Assembly: GCF_009914755.1 (NCBI RefSeq)
Contig: NC_060935.1
Length of the DNA: 64,000 nt
Source: the human T2T-CHM13v2.0 reference genome, Homo sapiens
Strand: one strand, 5' to 3'
Below the pieces are notes generated by a model, which was not told the DNA's origin, did not search any database, and saw only the letters and a list, made by a program, of their open reading frames with translations. This document shows, piece after piece, positions 25,891 through 41,318 of this stretch (positions within the stretch are counted from its first letter, which is position 1; the number at the start of each line of letters is the position of its first letter). A program made the translations under genes and the position numbers.

Positions 25891-28800
25891 ACAGTCGTGT
25901 CGCTTAATGATATGGATATGTGTCGTTAGGAATTTCGTCATTGTGCAAACATCATAGTGTGTACTCACACAAACCTAGATGGTATAGCCTGCTACACACC
26001 CAGGCTATATGGCATAGCCTATGGCTCCTAGGCTACAAACCTGTCTAACATGTTACTGTACTGAATACTGTATGCAATTATAATGCAATGGTAAGCATTT
26101 GTATATCTAAACATAGAAAAGATACAGTAAAACTACAGTATAAAAGATAAAAAATGGTACACTCATTTAGGGTACTTACCACAAATGGAGGTGATTTCAG
26201 GACTGAAAGGTGATCTGGAAGAGTGCATGTAAAGGCCCAGGACATTATAGTATTGTAGACTTTATAAATGCTGTACACTTAAGCTACACTAAATTTATTT
26301 TTAAATATGTCTTTCTTTTTTTAACTTTTATTTCAGGTTTTGGGGCACATGTGCAGGACTGTTATAGAGGTAAGCTTGTGTTGCAAGGGTTTTGTGTACA
26401 GATTATTTTGTCACACAGGTAATAAACATAATATCTAATAGGTAATTTTTTTAATCCTCTCCCTGCTCCCATCCTCCACCCTCAAATAGGCCCTGGTGTC
26501 TATTGTTCCCCTGTTTGTGCCCATGTGTTCTCATTGTTTAGCTCCACTTACAAGAGAGAACATACGGTACTTGATTTTCTGTTCCGTATTCTAATATATT
26601 ACGTATTCAATGTATTCTAAGAAAACATTGGTTTTCTTAGAATAATAGTCTCCAGCTCCATTCATGTTGCTGCAAATGACATGATCTTGTTCTTTTTACA
26701 GGTGCGTAGTATTCTATGGTGTATATGCATCATATTTTTTAATCCAGTCTATCATTGATGGGTATGCAAGTTGATTCCATGTCTTTGCTTTTGTGAATAG
26801 TGTTTCAATAAACATATGTGTTCATGTGTCTTATGGTAGAAAGAATTATATTCCTTTGGGTATATACCCAATAATGGGATGGATGGGTTGAATGATAATT
26901 CTAAGTTCTTTGAGAAATCGCCACACTGCTTTCCACAATGGCTGAACTAATTTACACTCCCACCAGCAGGATATAAGCATTTTCTTTTCTCTGCAACCTC
27001 ACAAGCATCTATTTCTTTTTGACTTTTTAATAATGGCCATTCTGACAGATGTGAGATGGTACCTCATTGTAGTTTTGATTCGCATCTCTCTAATGCACCA
27101 TCCAAGCTGAAAACCAAATCAGGAACACAGTCCCATTCACAACTGCCACAAAAAGAATAAAATACCTAGAAGTATGCTAACCAGGGAGGTGAAAGATGAA
27201 TTACAAAACATTATTCAAAGATATCAGACATGACACAAACAAGTGGAAAAACATTCCATGTTCATCAATAGGAAAAGTCAACATTGTTAAAATGGCCATA
27301 CTGCCCAAAGCAGTGTACAGATTCAATGCTATTCCTATCAAACTACAAATGACATTCTTCGCAAAATCAGAAAAAATTATTTTAAAATTCATATGGAATG
27401 AAAAATGAGCCTGAATAGCCAAGATAATCCTAAGCAAAAAGAACCAAACAACAACAACAACAAAAAGCCATAGGCACCACTTTACCCAACTTCAAACTAT
27501 ACTATAGGGCTACAGTAACCAGAACAGCATGGTACTGGTACAAAAACAAACACACAGACCAATGGAACAGAATAAAGAGCCCAGAAATAAGGCCAAACAC
27601 CTACAAGCATCAGATCTTTGACAAACCTGACAAAAACAAGCAGGGAGGAAAAAACTCTCGATTCAATAAATAGTTCTGGGATAACTGGCTAGCCATATGG
27701 AGAAGATGGAAACTGGGCCCTTTCCTTCCACTCTATTAAAAAAATCAACTGAAGATGGTTTAAAGACTTAAATGTATAACCTAAAACTATAAAAACCCTG
27801 AAAGAAAATCTATGACATACCATTCTGGACGTAGGATCTGGTAAAGATTTCATGACCAAGATGCCAAAAGCAATTGCAACAAAAGCAAAAATTGACAAAT
27901 GGGACCTAATTAAACTAAAGAACTTCTGCACAGCAAAAGAAACTATCAACAGAATAAACAGATAACCTACAGAATGGGAGAAAATATTTGCAAGCTGTGC
28001 ATCTGACAATGGTTTAATATCCAGAATATATAAGGAACTTAAACAAATGTATAAGCAAAATATAAACAACCCCTTAAAAAGTGGGTGAAGGACATGAACA
28101 GGCCCTTTCAAAAGAAGACATACATGCGGCCAATAAGCATATGAAAAAAATAATTTCTTTAATAATAAAGTAACTTTAGCTTATTGTAACTTTTTTACTT
28201 TATAAATGTTTTCATTTTTTAACTTTTTAATTCTTTTGTAATAACACCTTGCTTAAAACACAAACACATTACATAGCTGTACAAAAATATTTTCTTTGTT
28301 TATATATTTATTCTGTAAACATTTTTCTATTTTTAAACTTTTTTTTAACTTTTTACTTTACTTGTACTTTTTTAAGTTTTTTTTTGTTAAAAACTAAGAC
28401 ACACACACATTAGCCTAGAACTACACAGGCTTAGGGTCATAAATATCAGTCTTCCACCTTCACGTCTTGTCCCACTGAAAGGTCTTCAGGGGCAATAACA
28501 TGCATGGAGCTGTCATCTCCTATGATAACATACCTGGAACGGAATACCTGCTGAAAAACCTGCCTGAGGCTGCTTTACAGTTTACTTGGTTTTTGTAAAT
28601 GGAAGGAGTATACTCTAAAATAACCATAAAAAGCATAGTGTGCTAAATACATAAACCAGTAACACAGTCGTTTAGCATCAAGTCTTTTACACTGTACATA
28701 ATTATATGTGCTATACTTTTATATGACTGGCAGCATAGTAGGTTTGTTTATACAAGCATTACCACAAGCACTGGAGTAATATGTTGCACTATGACATCCC

Positions 28801-28900
28801 TAGGCAATAGGAAATTTTCAGCTCCATTGCAATTTATGAGACCACCATTATATATGCAATTAATTGTTAACCAAAATGTCATTAAGTGGCACATGACTGT
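25891..28900 (+). mobile_element. Tigger3b DNA transposon split by an L1 insertion
   Basis: Starts tacagtcgtgtcgcttaatga and ends ttaagtggcacatgactgta (TIRs with TA). The consensus resumes at ~28150 after the L1. Confidence 0.88.
26312..28150 (-). mobile_element. 5'-truncated, 5'-inverted L1PA (older primate, ~PA13-16)
   Basis: 26312-27095 is the antisense 3' end. 27096-28150 is sense ORF2 ([49 protein letters not shown]). Confidence 0.92.
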
Positions 28901-28911
28901 ATATGCTATCT

Positions 28912-29277
<366 letters not shown>

Positions 29278-29299
29278 CTGTATATGCTATCTAGAGGAG

Positions 29300-30075
29300 A
29301 TATATATTCGAAATAAAGTAGTTCAGAAAAGTTAAGATAAATGGTGAAATAAAAACATAATCTGCTGATATTCACTGCAAAAAAAGAAAACAACAAAAAA
29401 AGGTTTCCATACAAACATCAAAGTAGAAATCAAAGAAGAAAGCATTAAATATAATAGCAACTTTTGTTAAGAAGTGACAATTCACAATGAATTTTATCTA
29501 TCATAAACCTATGTGCCAAATAACATGCAATCATATATAAATATATCTTTAAAATTCAAAATAAATTACTGTAGATATGAAGAAATTAACATCATTGCCT
29601 TATTCCTAGAAGATGGGGTAGTTCAAAATAAATAAAATTATTTTAATAGATTTATAAATGCCAAATTCATAGAGAGTAATGTAAATTCAGGCTGCCATGG
29701 ACTATTTATGAAAATTAATTTTATATTAGGTAGCAACGTAAGTCTCAACAATTTCAAAATGTTGAAATAGTTCAGACCATATCTAACCACATGAAAAAAA
29801 TTAGAGATAATCATAAAGAAACCACAAGAATCTCCAATTAGTTGGAAATTAAGAAAGGGAAGGAAAGAAGGAAGGGAGGGAAGGAGGGAAGGAGGGAAAG
29901 AAAAAGAGAAATGAAATGTACTTAAGTAAGTTTATGTAACTCTAGGGTCAAAGAGGAAATAAAAACTGCAATTGCAGACTATTGAGATATTAATTATAAT
30001 GGAACATTATATATGAAAACTTATGAGATATAATTCTAAGTCAATTATCAGAGAAAAATGCATAAGCTTATTTGC
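29300..30075 (+). mobile_element. Ancient L1M ORF2 endonuclease-region remnant
   Basis: aagtctcaacaatttcaaaatgttgaaata..cagaccata..gggtcaaagaggaaat..aaaacttatgagata motifs. Confidence 0.7.
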
Positions 30076-30084
30076 TTTCCTTAC

Positions 30085-30163
30085 TTAACAGGTCCCTTCT
30101 TTTCTTATGACTACTTCTTTTATTCATTTTGACTGTCTTGTCTCTCTTCTGTTTAAGAATATG
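30085..30163 (-). pseudogene. Candidate fossil exon (~79 nt)
   Basis: ccttttacttttcttGG (AG lost) ... ctgttaa|GTAAGg; open frame HILKQKRDKTVKMNKRSSHKKRRDLL. Confidence 0.35.
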
Positions 30164-31878
30164 CCAAGAAAAGTAAAAGGCAGAAAAAATGTAGGTAAAG
30201 TAAGGTTCAAATTACAGAAGAAATTATTTAGCATGGGAAAGAATAGATCATGTCAATCATTTCAGAAGGCTCCTTCGTAAGTCTCCAGGTTAGAGATGAA
30301 ATAAGACAAAGCTTTATGGTCCAAATAGTTACAGCTCTAACAATTGATTACCCAAACCAACCCTCAATCTATACCTAAGCTCCCATTTCCTAATGAGTGG
30401 CTGACTTTGAAAGCAAACAGGGTTTACTTTAATCAAAGTAATAACATTTAACAACCCTCATGCAGCACTATGTGCTAGGCACAGTGTTAAGTACTTTCTA
30501 TGAATTAATTCATTTGGTCTTGATGACACACTAGTAATGCACCACACTGTCTCAGTGTTAGCATTTTTTCAGGTGTTGATTTATTACTTAAAGTTTTTAT
30601 TCTCTGTTCTTTTCACTTCCAGTTAAGAAAAAAAGTAATCCTTTTCTAATGTGTAAACTACACGATTAGCAGAGAAGAATGTCAAGGGACAGAAGGCCTC
30701 CTATTGTTCCTGGACTTGTGTGTCCTCTGTTTTTCAAATATATCTAAGATGTTGTCCTCAGAGGACCATCCCAAGACTTCTCTTAGCTGCTGTCATCTAA
30801 AACAATTAGAACAAACTAAGCTTATTAAAATTGTCATTTCTGAACTTGATGCAATCCAGTATCTCCTTCCCAACTGATGTTCAATATTTCTCCTACTTAT
30901 GATGACAGAGAATAAGCTTCAGTGCTTAAAATATGTCCAAATATTAGCACTTTTCTTTTAAATTCTATACTTACAAGAAACAAAACCAAATAAATGGAGC
31001 CGATGGATGTTTAAAGCAGCATCCAGTTCTGATACACAATTGAAACTAGCCTAGGAGCAACTGTAATGATGTTTTGAAATGAATCACGTTCTAATCTTTT
31101 ACAGAAAATTATTTAAATTAAAAATTAGATGGGTATAGCTTAGCAATCAGAAATCTTCCTGTGAAGCCACCACAAATTCAGCCTGAAAGGTCATTGCAAA
31201 TTCTCCCAGCTCTCTAAAGATAATTAGTCTCTTTTGAATAATGCTTAAAGGAAAATAGTCTTTCAGCTCTATGAATGTGTTAATCTACTGGGATTTTTTT
31301 TCCCCAAGAAGGAAATTCCTCTAAAGCTATACAGAACAAACCTACAAAAAGAAAAAGAAAAAAGATCCTAGGCAAATGAACAAATAGGGAATCAAAATTG
31401 ATTGTTTTATTCAATTTCATTATCTTTTATTATGTCTGGGAAGAGCTATCATGCTTTATTTTTTTACCAGCTAGAATGGAGAGGAGAATGTGCCTAATAG
31501 AAGTTGGAAATACACATACTCAGGAGCTCAACAAGCTAAGCACAAGCACATTTTATCAGACAATGGAGTAGATCCAACAGGAAGGACCCTCCTAGATCAG
31601 CAGAGGACACTTAGAGGCAGAAAAGGGGCATACCTTGCAACAGCAGTCATTTTATCATCCTTCATACTCCAGTATCCATTAAATATCAGTAATGCGTTAG
31701 CTACTATGTTTATTTAACATACATCCTTCATTATTATTTCTATTTATTATTCCTATTCTAAATAAACTATTTGTCATGTCACATTGCTGGTTATTATTTG
31801 TTAAGCCCACTATTAGAAAATGGGTCATTTTTCACCTTTCTCAGAAGGACTGCATCCAATTAGAAACTGTCTCCAGGT

Positions 31879-32178
<300 letters not shown>

Positions 32179-32490
32179 AGAAACTATCTCCAGGTTGCTG
32201 CCACGGTTTTCTTTTCCTAGAGTAAGAATAGTGAGAAATATGCTGCATTGTCACTATGCTCAGGGCAAAAGCAAACTGAAATAGAACTTAAGGGCACTAA
32301 AATATAAAAGCACAATGTATTTTCCTTAAAAAGAGAAAGTAACCTTGGATTCAAAGTAGACCACAAAAGTATGAAACTTTCTATCTGGAACCTAAAGATC
32401 TGTCACAAGCCAGAGATTCTGGCCTCCTTGGTCTGTGATTTGAACTCTGGAATAAGACTCAGCACCCACAGGTATGGTGGGTGGACTGAC

Positions 32491-32571
32491 CATAAGATGG
32501 TATTGCACATCAATTTGGGTTGTATCTGGTTGATTTTCCTCTACATCAGAGATGTAATATCTTCAAGATAC
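32491..32571 (-). pseudogene. Candidate fossil exon (81 nt)
   Basis: ctattcattacAG|gtatc...cttatg|GTcagt; YLEDITSLM*RKINQIQPKL.. or, removing a 2-nt insertion, YLEDITSDVEENQPDTTQIDVQYHLM. Confidence 0.5.
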
Positions 32572-33627
32572 CTGTAATGAATAGCCTTTTTCAAGAAAAT
32601 TTTTGAATACAATAACTGAATAATTAAATTTGTATGTTGGCATAGAAGGGTAAGAAGACTATGAAAGAAATTATGATATGTTCCTAAGATTTTCTTAATA
32701 ATAACATTTTGGTTGGAACTTCTAGTTCTGGCCATTAGGTAGTGACAGGCTCTGGAATTACCCTCCTACCATAAACAACTAGAAAAAGTGAACAAAAAAC
32801 AAGTTTCAGATATTGAACAACAACACAGAACTGTGATTTCTTGAGGAGGAAAAGAAATGAGATGAGTCCTACCAGCTTTCAACCTGAAGACAATTTCTAG
32901 AGGACAGTGCAGGGTGGTGGAACCCAAGCAGAGCCCAGAAATAGGACTGAATTGAGGAGACAGAGACTGGAGATTGGAGAAAATGAGATGGCCAGAATTT
33001 GTAGGACAGGGTACTACAAGAACAGGGAGCTACATGGAGAAAGGCACCAGAAATCTGCACATGGGTCTACTTGAGTTTTGGACTGAATGCCAATCTTCAT
33101 GTGCATAAGAGAAACCACACAGCCAGGAAAAATCAGCTTCTGGGGAAAGAGTAATTACTGGGTATTTGTAATTAGGACAAATCCCTGAGCTCATGTAAGA
33201 CTGGGAATCTTTCAAGTTCCCAATAGTTGAAGTAGAGAGACATTGATGAATACATTAGGCATTTAGTCAAAATCCCAAAAAGGTCACACACATAGTGGGA
33301 TAAAATTAACCATAGAAAAAGGTATTCTGGACATTTTTATTGAGGAATTTTTTTAAACTCTTGATCTAATATGAAAGTCTTGATCTAATCTTCACTTAGT
33401 TTAATTGTACACTAAAACGAAGTTCGACACTCTTTAAAGAAATACAACAAAATCCAGCATTCAACAACACAAAACTCACTAGGTTCATAACTCAATCAAA
33501 ATTACTAGAATAAACATAAGGAGTAGCAGAAAAATGTGATTTATAGCGTGGAAAAAAATTAGTTAATAGAAACATACTCAGAAAGGATAAAGATGATGGA
33601 ATTAGCAGGCAAGCATATTAAAACAGC

Positions 33628-33925
33628 TTTTTTTTTTTTTTTTGAGACAGAATGTCACTCTGTCACCCAGGCTAGAGTGCAATGACATGATCTTGGCTCA
33701 CTGCAACCTCTGCCTCCCAGGTTCAAGCTATCCTCTTGCCTCAGCCTCCTGAATACCTGGAACTACAGCTGTGTGCCACCATGCCCAGCTAATTTTTGTA
33801 TTTTTAGTAGAGACAGGGTTTTGCCATGTTGGCCAGGCTGGTCGTAAACTCCTGACTTCTGGTGATCTGCCCACCTTGGCCTCCCAAAGTGCTGGTGTTA
33901 CAAGTGTGAGCCACCATGCCCGGTC
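33628..33925 (-). mobile_element. AluS
   Basis: Antisense Alu dimer with poly(T). Confidence 0.95.
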
Positions 33926-34298
33926 ATAAATATTTTCAAGGTATTTAAGGATCTAAAGTTAAACATGAACATATGAAGAGAGATGGAGGATATGAAAAAG
34001 AACCTGATGAAATTTCTGAGATAAAAAAATAGAATATCTAAAATGAGAATTCCATCTAATAGAATTATCATTAAGCTAGACACTGCAGAAAAAAAGATTT
34101 GTGAACTTGATGACATAGCAAAAACCAATCTAAAATGAAACTAAAAAAAGAAAAAAAACAGGCATTCAGTGACCTAAAGGAAAATATCAAACAATCTGGC
34201 ATATATGTATTTGAAGAAATAATGGCCAAAAAATGTCTTAATTTGTTGAAAACTACAAATACACATATTCAGGAATTTCAACAAACACCAGCCAAGAT

Positions 34299-34301
<3 letters not shown>

Positions 34302-34341
<40 letters not shown>
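34302..34341. repeat. (CA)n microsatellite
   Basis: Read directly from the sequence. Confidence 0.97.
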
Positions 34342-34345
<4 letters not shown>

Positions 34346-34507
34346 AAGCCACCAAGGTACAACATAATCAAATTACTGAAAATCAATAATAAGGAAAAAA
34401 ATCCCAAAGGCATTACAAAGTTTAAAAGGCACATTACATACAATGCAACAAAGTTAAGAATTACTTCATCTTTTTTGTCAAAAACTATACAAACCAGAAA
34501 AAAATTA

Positions 34508-34963
34508 CCTTAGCTATCTACTGTGGCACAGCAGATGACCCCAAAATTAATGGCTTAAAACCACAATAATAACATATTAATTCTCACAATTCTTGTAGGT
34601 CAGGAATTTGGGAGTGGCTCATTTGGGCAGTTCTGTGTAGGTGTCTCTCATGAGTTTTCTTGACTAGGGAAGGAAAATTCGCTTTCAAGGTATATCACTC
34701 TCGTGTCTGACACACTGATGCTGACAAGTTTGTTGTTCCCCAAGTGGGCTACTGTATGAGACTGCTTGAGCATCTTCATAACATGGTGACTGGCTGTGTC
34801 CAGAATGAGTGTTCTAAGAAACCAAGGGGTAAGCTACAATAACTTCATGAAACAGTCTTAGAAGTCATATGATGTAATTTCAATGTGTGGGATAGGACTA
34901 CACAAAGGCATGAATACCAGTAGGAGAGGATCATTAGAAGCCATGTCAGAGGTGGGCTATCAC
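34508..34963 (-). mobile_element. MLT1-family MaLR LTR
   Basis: ttagctatctactgtgg...tggcttaaaacc...ggtcaggaatttggg...cacaaaggcatgaataccaggaggagaggatcatt-like motifs. Confidence 0.75.
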
Positions 34964-35656
34964 AAGAGATCAACATTTTTAAGTGCTTGGGGAAAATTTG
35001 TCAACCCATCTTCCCTCATTGCATGTGAGGCAAAAATATCTTTCAAAGATAAAGGCAAAAAAAAATAACTTACCAAACAAATCTGAAAGAAGTGCCGCCA
35101 GTAGACCTGAACTACAAGAAATATTACAGTAAGTACTTTTGACATAAGGAAAATTATACCAGATGAAAATTTGAGTCTACCCAAGGGAATAGAGACTGCT
35201 TGAAATGATAAATATGTGGGTACATGTAGAATACATTTTTTCTCAAGTTTAAATTTATATGAAAGATAAATAACCACTTAAAAATAAAATATGGGGTTTA
35301 TAATATGTTTAGATATAAAATGTAGGCATACAATAGCACAAAGAATACAAGTAGAAAATGAAAATATATTCTTCTCTGATTTTTATACTATATGTGAAGT
35401 GACAATATTATATGAAGTTGGACTGTGATAACTTAAAGATGTATATTGTAAATATTAGACTAACCACTAAAAGAAATACATCAGACAAAGTAAACTTCAG
35501 AAGAAGGAATATTACATGAGATTAAAAGGAACATTTTATAATGATAAAGAGGTCACTTCATCAGTGAGTCACAATAATCTCGAACATGTATGTATCTAAT
35601 AACAAAGCTTCAGAACAGATGAAGTTAAAGTCTTCAGACTGTAAAAGAGAAATAAG

Positions 35657-35955
<299 letters not shown>

Positions 35956-36116
35956 GGAGAAATAGACAAATTCCTAATGTCTAAAGTTAAAAAGATTAAC
36001 TCTACAAAGTGTTGGTGAGGATGTGAAGCAACTGGAACTATCATACACTGCTAGTAATAATAGAATAAGGTAAAATTACTTCAGAAAACTGACAGTTTCT
36101 TAAAAAGTTAGAGGTA

Positions 36117-37746
36117 TGTGTTAGTCTGTTTACATCTCTATTAAACAAAGAAAACCTGAGGCTGGGTAATTTCTAAAGAAAAGAGGTTTATTTGGCTCTG
36201 CAGGCTGTACAAGCATGGCACCAGCATCTTCTTCTGGTGAGAGTTTCAGGGAGCTTATAATCATGGCAGAAGGTGAAGGGGAGCCAGTGTGTCACATAGC
36301 AAGAGAGGAAGCAAGAGAGAAGGAGCAGGGAAGTAGGTGTCAGGCTCTTTTAAACAACCAGATCTCACATGAACTCAGAGCGATAACTCAATCATTACTT
36401 TGAGGATGGCACCAAGATATAAGGAATCCATTCCCATCATCCAAACACATTCCACCAGGCCCCACCTCCAATACTGGGGATCACATTTCAACATGAGATT
36501 TGGAAGAGACATACATCCCAACCGTGTTATTCCACCATGGCCCTCAAATCTCACATCCTTCCCACATTGCAAAATACAATTATCCCTTCCCAATAGTCCC
36601 CCAATGTCTCAACTCATTCCAATATTAACTCAAAAGTCCAAAGTCTCATTTGATACCCAAGGAAAGTTTCTTCCACCAATGAGCCTGTAATCAAGAACAA
36701 GTTCTTTACTTCTAAGATACAATGGTGATACAGGCACTGAATAAACATTTCCATTCCAAAAGGGAGAAATGAGCCAAAACAAAGGGGCAACAGGCCCCAC
36801 ACAAATCCAAAACCCATCAGGATAGACATTAAATCTTAAAGCTCCAAAACAATCTTTGACTACATGTCCTGCATCTTGGCACACTGATGCAAGGAGGGGG
36901 CTCCCAAGGCCTTGAGTGGCTCTGCCCTTGCAGCTTTTCCAGGCTGAGTTTGCAAACTGCCAGGGGTCTACTATTCTGGGGTCTTAGAAATTTCTTCTGC
37001 TAGATACCCTAGCTCATCAGTCTTAAGTTCTACCTTCCACAAGCCAAAGGACATGGAAACAATGCAGCAAATTCTTTGTTAGGGCATAACAAGAGTGACC
37101 TTTACACCAGTTCCCAGTAAATTTCTCATTTCCATCTGAGACTTCATTAGCCCATATTTTTATCAGCATTCAACTCACAATCACTAATTTAACAAGTCTG
37201 TAAAAAGTTCCAAACCTTCCCTCAACTTCCTGTATTCATCTGAGCCATCCAAACTCTTCCAACATCTACCCATTACCCAGTTCCAAAGCCACTTCCACAT
37301 TTTCAAATATCTTTATAGCAACATCTCACTCTCAGTACCAATTTTCTGTGTTAGTCCATTTATGTTGCTATAAAGGTATACTTGAGGCAGGGTAAAGAAA
37401 AGAGCTTTATTTGGCTCACAGTTCTGCAAGCTGTACAAGCATGGCACCTGCATCTTCATCTAGTGAGGGCTTCGGGAAGCTTGCAGTCATGGTGGAAGGC
37501 AAAGGGGAGCCAGCGTGTCACATGGCAAAAAAGGGAGCAAGAGAGGAGGTGCCAGGCTCTTTTAAACAACCAGATCTCACATGAACTCAGAGTGAGAATT
37601 CACTCATTACTGCAAGGATAGCACCAAGCCATTCATGAGGGATCCACCCCCATGACCAAAACAGCCCCCACCAAGCCCCTCCTCCAACATTGGGGATCAC
37701 ATTTTAATATGAGATTTTTGAGGAGACACACATCCGAATCATATCA
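36117..37746 (-). mobile_element. MST-family MaLR element: LTR, internally deleted MST-int, LTR
   Basis: Two similar ~400-bp LTRs (~36117-36530 and ~37347-37746); 5-bp TSD AGGTA at 36112-36116 and 37747-37751. Confidence 0.9.
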
Positions 37747-38059
37747 AGGTACATCTACCATATATTTTCCATTTTTGGTGAGCACATACCTACCACTCCT
37801 AGATAACTTCCTGCAGAGAAATGAAAACATATGTGCATACAAAGATTTGTATATAAATGTTTATAGTGGCTTTATCCACAATAGCCAAAATGCCAATGAT
37901 CCAAGTGTCCATCACCAAGTAAACAGATAAGCAAGTTATGGCATACTCATACAAAAAAATATTGGGCTGCAATAGAAAGATTAATTTCCATAACATTATG
38001 CAAAGCAAAATAAGTCATACTAAAAGAAGAGCATATCCTAAATGATCCCATTTATGAGA

Positions 38060-38615
38060 TGTTAGGAGACAATTCTGGCATTTATGCATGTCTTCTGAGT
38101 GAGGGGCATTGACAGCTTTGTTCAGCAAGGTTTGCAAAGCTGCTCCATGGCAGGGATCAGATTTGTTTACATTCTAGCATAATAAAGTTAGTCTTCTCTT
38201 CTCTTTCCAGAGATATTCCAGGGTTGTAAAGATAACACTCAATCTGAATCAAAGGACAAATTTGTTTCCTGACCAAGATGATCAAGATAATATCTGTCTC
38301 CACAGGGGAGGATGGACAGGTTTGCCAGCAGCCCCTGTATAATATTAGGGATCCTAGCCTCAGTGTTCCTATGTGTCATAGATCCACAATGTGTGCAGTA
38401 TTAACCTGGGCCCACCTCCACATCACCCCATATGTCTTGAGGATCAAAGAGAATCAGTAAGAACACAAAGCTCAAGTTGCCTACTGTGTTGTAATAAACT
38501 GTCTAAATCTGTTTGGGATCATGTCTCCTCACTGGCCAAGACTATGGCAGAAGAGCAAGCTGGACTAGTACCAGAAGTAGTCACTGTTGCCTAGGAGCTG
38601 CTTGACTGCTTGATA
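38060..38615 (+). mobile_element. LTR40-family (ERVL) solo LTR
   Basis: tgttaggagacaattct start, aataaa near the 3' end, cttgata end. Confidence 0.7.
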
Positions 38616-38783
38616 TATGAAACTCTAGAGAAAACCAATCTAATCTATAGTGATTCATAGTAGATTGATGGTTGCTTGGGACTAGGTGTGGGGAGGACTC
38701 ACTGGAAAGGAGCTGAAGGAAATCTTTTTGGGGTGGTGCTACATTTGTCAAGGCTCACCCTACTATACACTTAAAATGTGTGA

Positions 38784-39106
<323 letters not shown>

Positions 39107-39318
39107 AATAAAATTTATTTTTAAAATAAATTTTGGTCTCCATCATATGACTAGTATATGTCTGAGACACTGTGTAAATGATAAAAATAATGCACATGTC
39201 CAAGGTAATATTCCATTATGAAAAAAGTATTCGACTAAAGTTAATTTGTCGCCTTGGATAAGTGAGGTAACCTTTCTCTATCCAAATTATTTGGAAAGGT
39301 GAAGTGAAGGCTACATAC

Positions 39319-39332
39319 TTCTTAAGTTTTGA
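39319..39332 (-). pseudogene. Candidate 14-nt microexon
   Basis: ctttttcactcAG|tcaaaacttaagaa|GTATGT; SKLK(K) joins in phase to 32571. Confidence 0.35.
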
Positions 39333-39404
39333 CTGAGTGAAAAAGCTGAGATTTAACATACCCACACTGAGTTCTTTGAAAAGGGTTTCATTTTAAAATT
39401 TTTT

Positions 39405-39692
39405 GACCAGGTGCAGTGGCTCACACTTATAATCCCAGCACTTTGGGAAGCTGAAGGGAGAGGATTGCTTGAGCCCAGGAGTTCAACAGCAGCCTGGGCA
39501 ACAAAGCGAGACCCCATTTCACACTCACGAAAGAAAACAATTAGACAGGCACCGTGGTGCGTGCCTGTAGTCCCAGCTACTCAGGAGACTGAGGTAGGAG
39601 GATCACCAGGAGTCTGAGGCTGCACTGAGCCATGATTGCACCACAGCACTCCAGCCTGGGTGACAGAGCAAGACCCTGTCTCAAAAAAAAAC
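39405..39692 (+). mobile_element. AluJ
   Basis: Sense Alu dimer. Confidence 0.93.
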
Positions 39693-39696
39693 AAAA

Positions 39697-39999
<303 letters not shown>

Positions 40000-41318
40000 A
40001 AAAAACGAAAATTTTATAGTTGCTGTATATGCTTTGAATTATGAGTTTACTTTCAAATAAAGGTGTTTCTGCTAGAACGTATCTGAAAATCCTCACTTTA
40101 AAAAGCTGAAAAAAAATTGGGGACAAACAACTCAAAATCTATGCAATGTTCTAATCTAAGCAACAGCAAAACAGTATCAATCCCAACAGAAAACACTACT
40201 CCACTAAAAAGACACTATAATCCTAAAAAATAAAGAAATGCTAAAATACATACAAGAATATCCCCAAAAGGTGAAGTTTTGATGATGAAAGGGGTGAAGG
40301 ATTGAGCATTCTGTTTTATAAAGAGACAAGGTAAATGTTGACAGGTCGGAAAGAACCACACAATAAGTACTTCTAAGATAGAGCATGTGTCTAAACTAGA
40401 GAGGAGTATAACAGGATGCATGGACAATCTGTATAGCTCTGGATTCTCCCACAGTTCACTGTATTCAGCTCTATGAGAGTATTTTGCCTTCACTGCAATC
40501 TTGGATACAGGTACTATGTTGGGAAAAACCTACATAATCAATCAAACAATGTGACTTCCATTTTATACTGACACTATTCCCCAATTTACCATTTCAGTGT
40601 AAGCAAATTTGATTTACAGAAATATGCACATTAGTAGCAGAATAGACTGTCCTTTTCTTTAATATTTGAGATCCAAAGTCAGTTCCTTAAGAAAATCTTC
40701 CCTGACCTCTTGCCCAAGACTTGGGCAGGCCCCACCAGGCACACAACCTCATAGCTGTCTGTACTTTTCGTTTATAATATAACACAGTTTATAGTCTTAT
40801 GAAATTATTTTCTTATTGTCTGACTCCTTCACGGACTCTAAGAGGTATTTTCACTCACTACCATATGCCCAAGCACTGGCATAGTGCCTAGGCACATAGT
40901 AGGTGCCCAAGAAATACTGATTAACTGGAAGAATTAATTAATTAAATGTTATTATACCATTAAAGTATCCCCTTAATTGCTGTGCTATGGCTTTTATAAA
41001 ATTAAAATTTATAATAACATTCTTTTTCCTTTTGCTACTGCTTTCTTTATTTTTAAAATAAGTGACAGAAAGGTTGGTTTGGGGACAGATACATCTGTTG
41101 GTGATAGGGACAAAGAACAGTAGGATAAAAGAAGACATGGGAAGAAAGATAATAAGCTTGGTGAATTAAAAAAAAAATTCTCACTGTGGCTACCAGATCT
41201 CTGTTAGTATAAAAGGTTATTAAGTGAACTGTTTAAATCAATATAATACCCCCCCTTACTTCACCTATCCAACCTATCTCAAAAAATGAATTTAAAATCT
41301 CATTGGAAATAACATTAC

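Noticed and set aside
27196-28111. ORFs at 27196-27408 and 27689-28111
   Set aside because: L1 ORF2 fragment and its antisense reading; not host genes.
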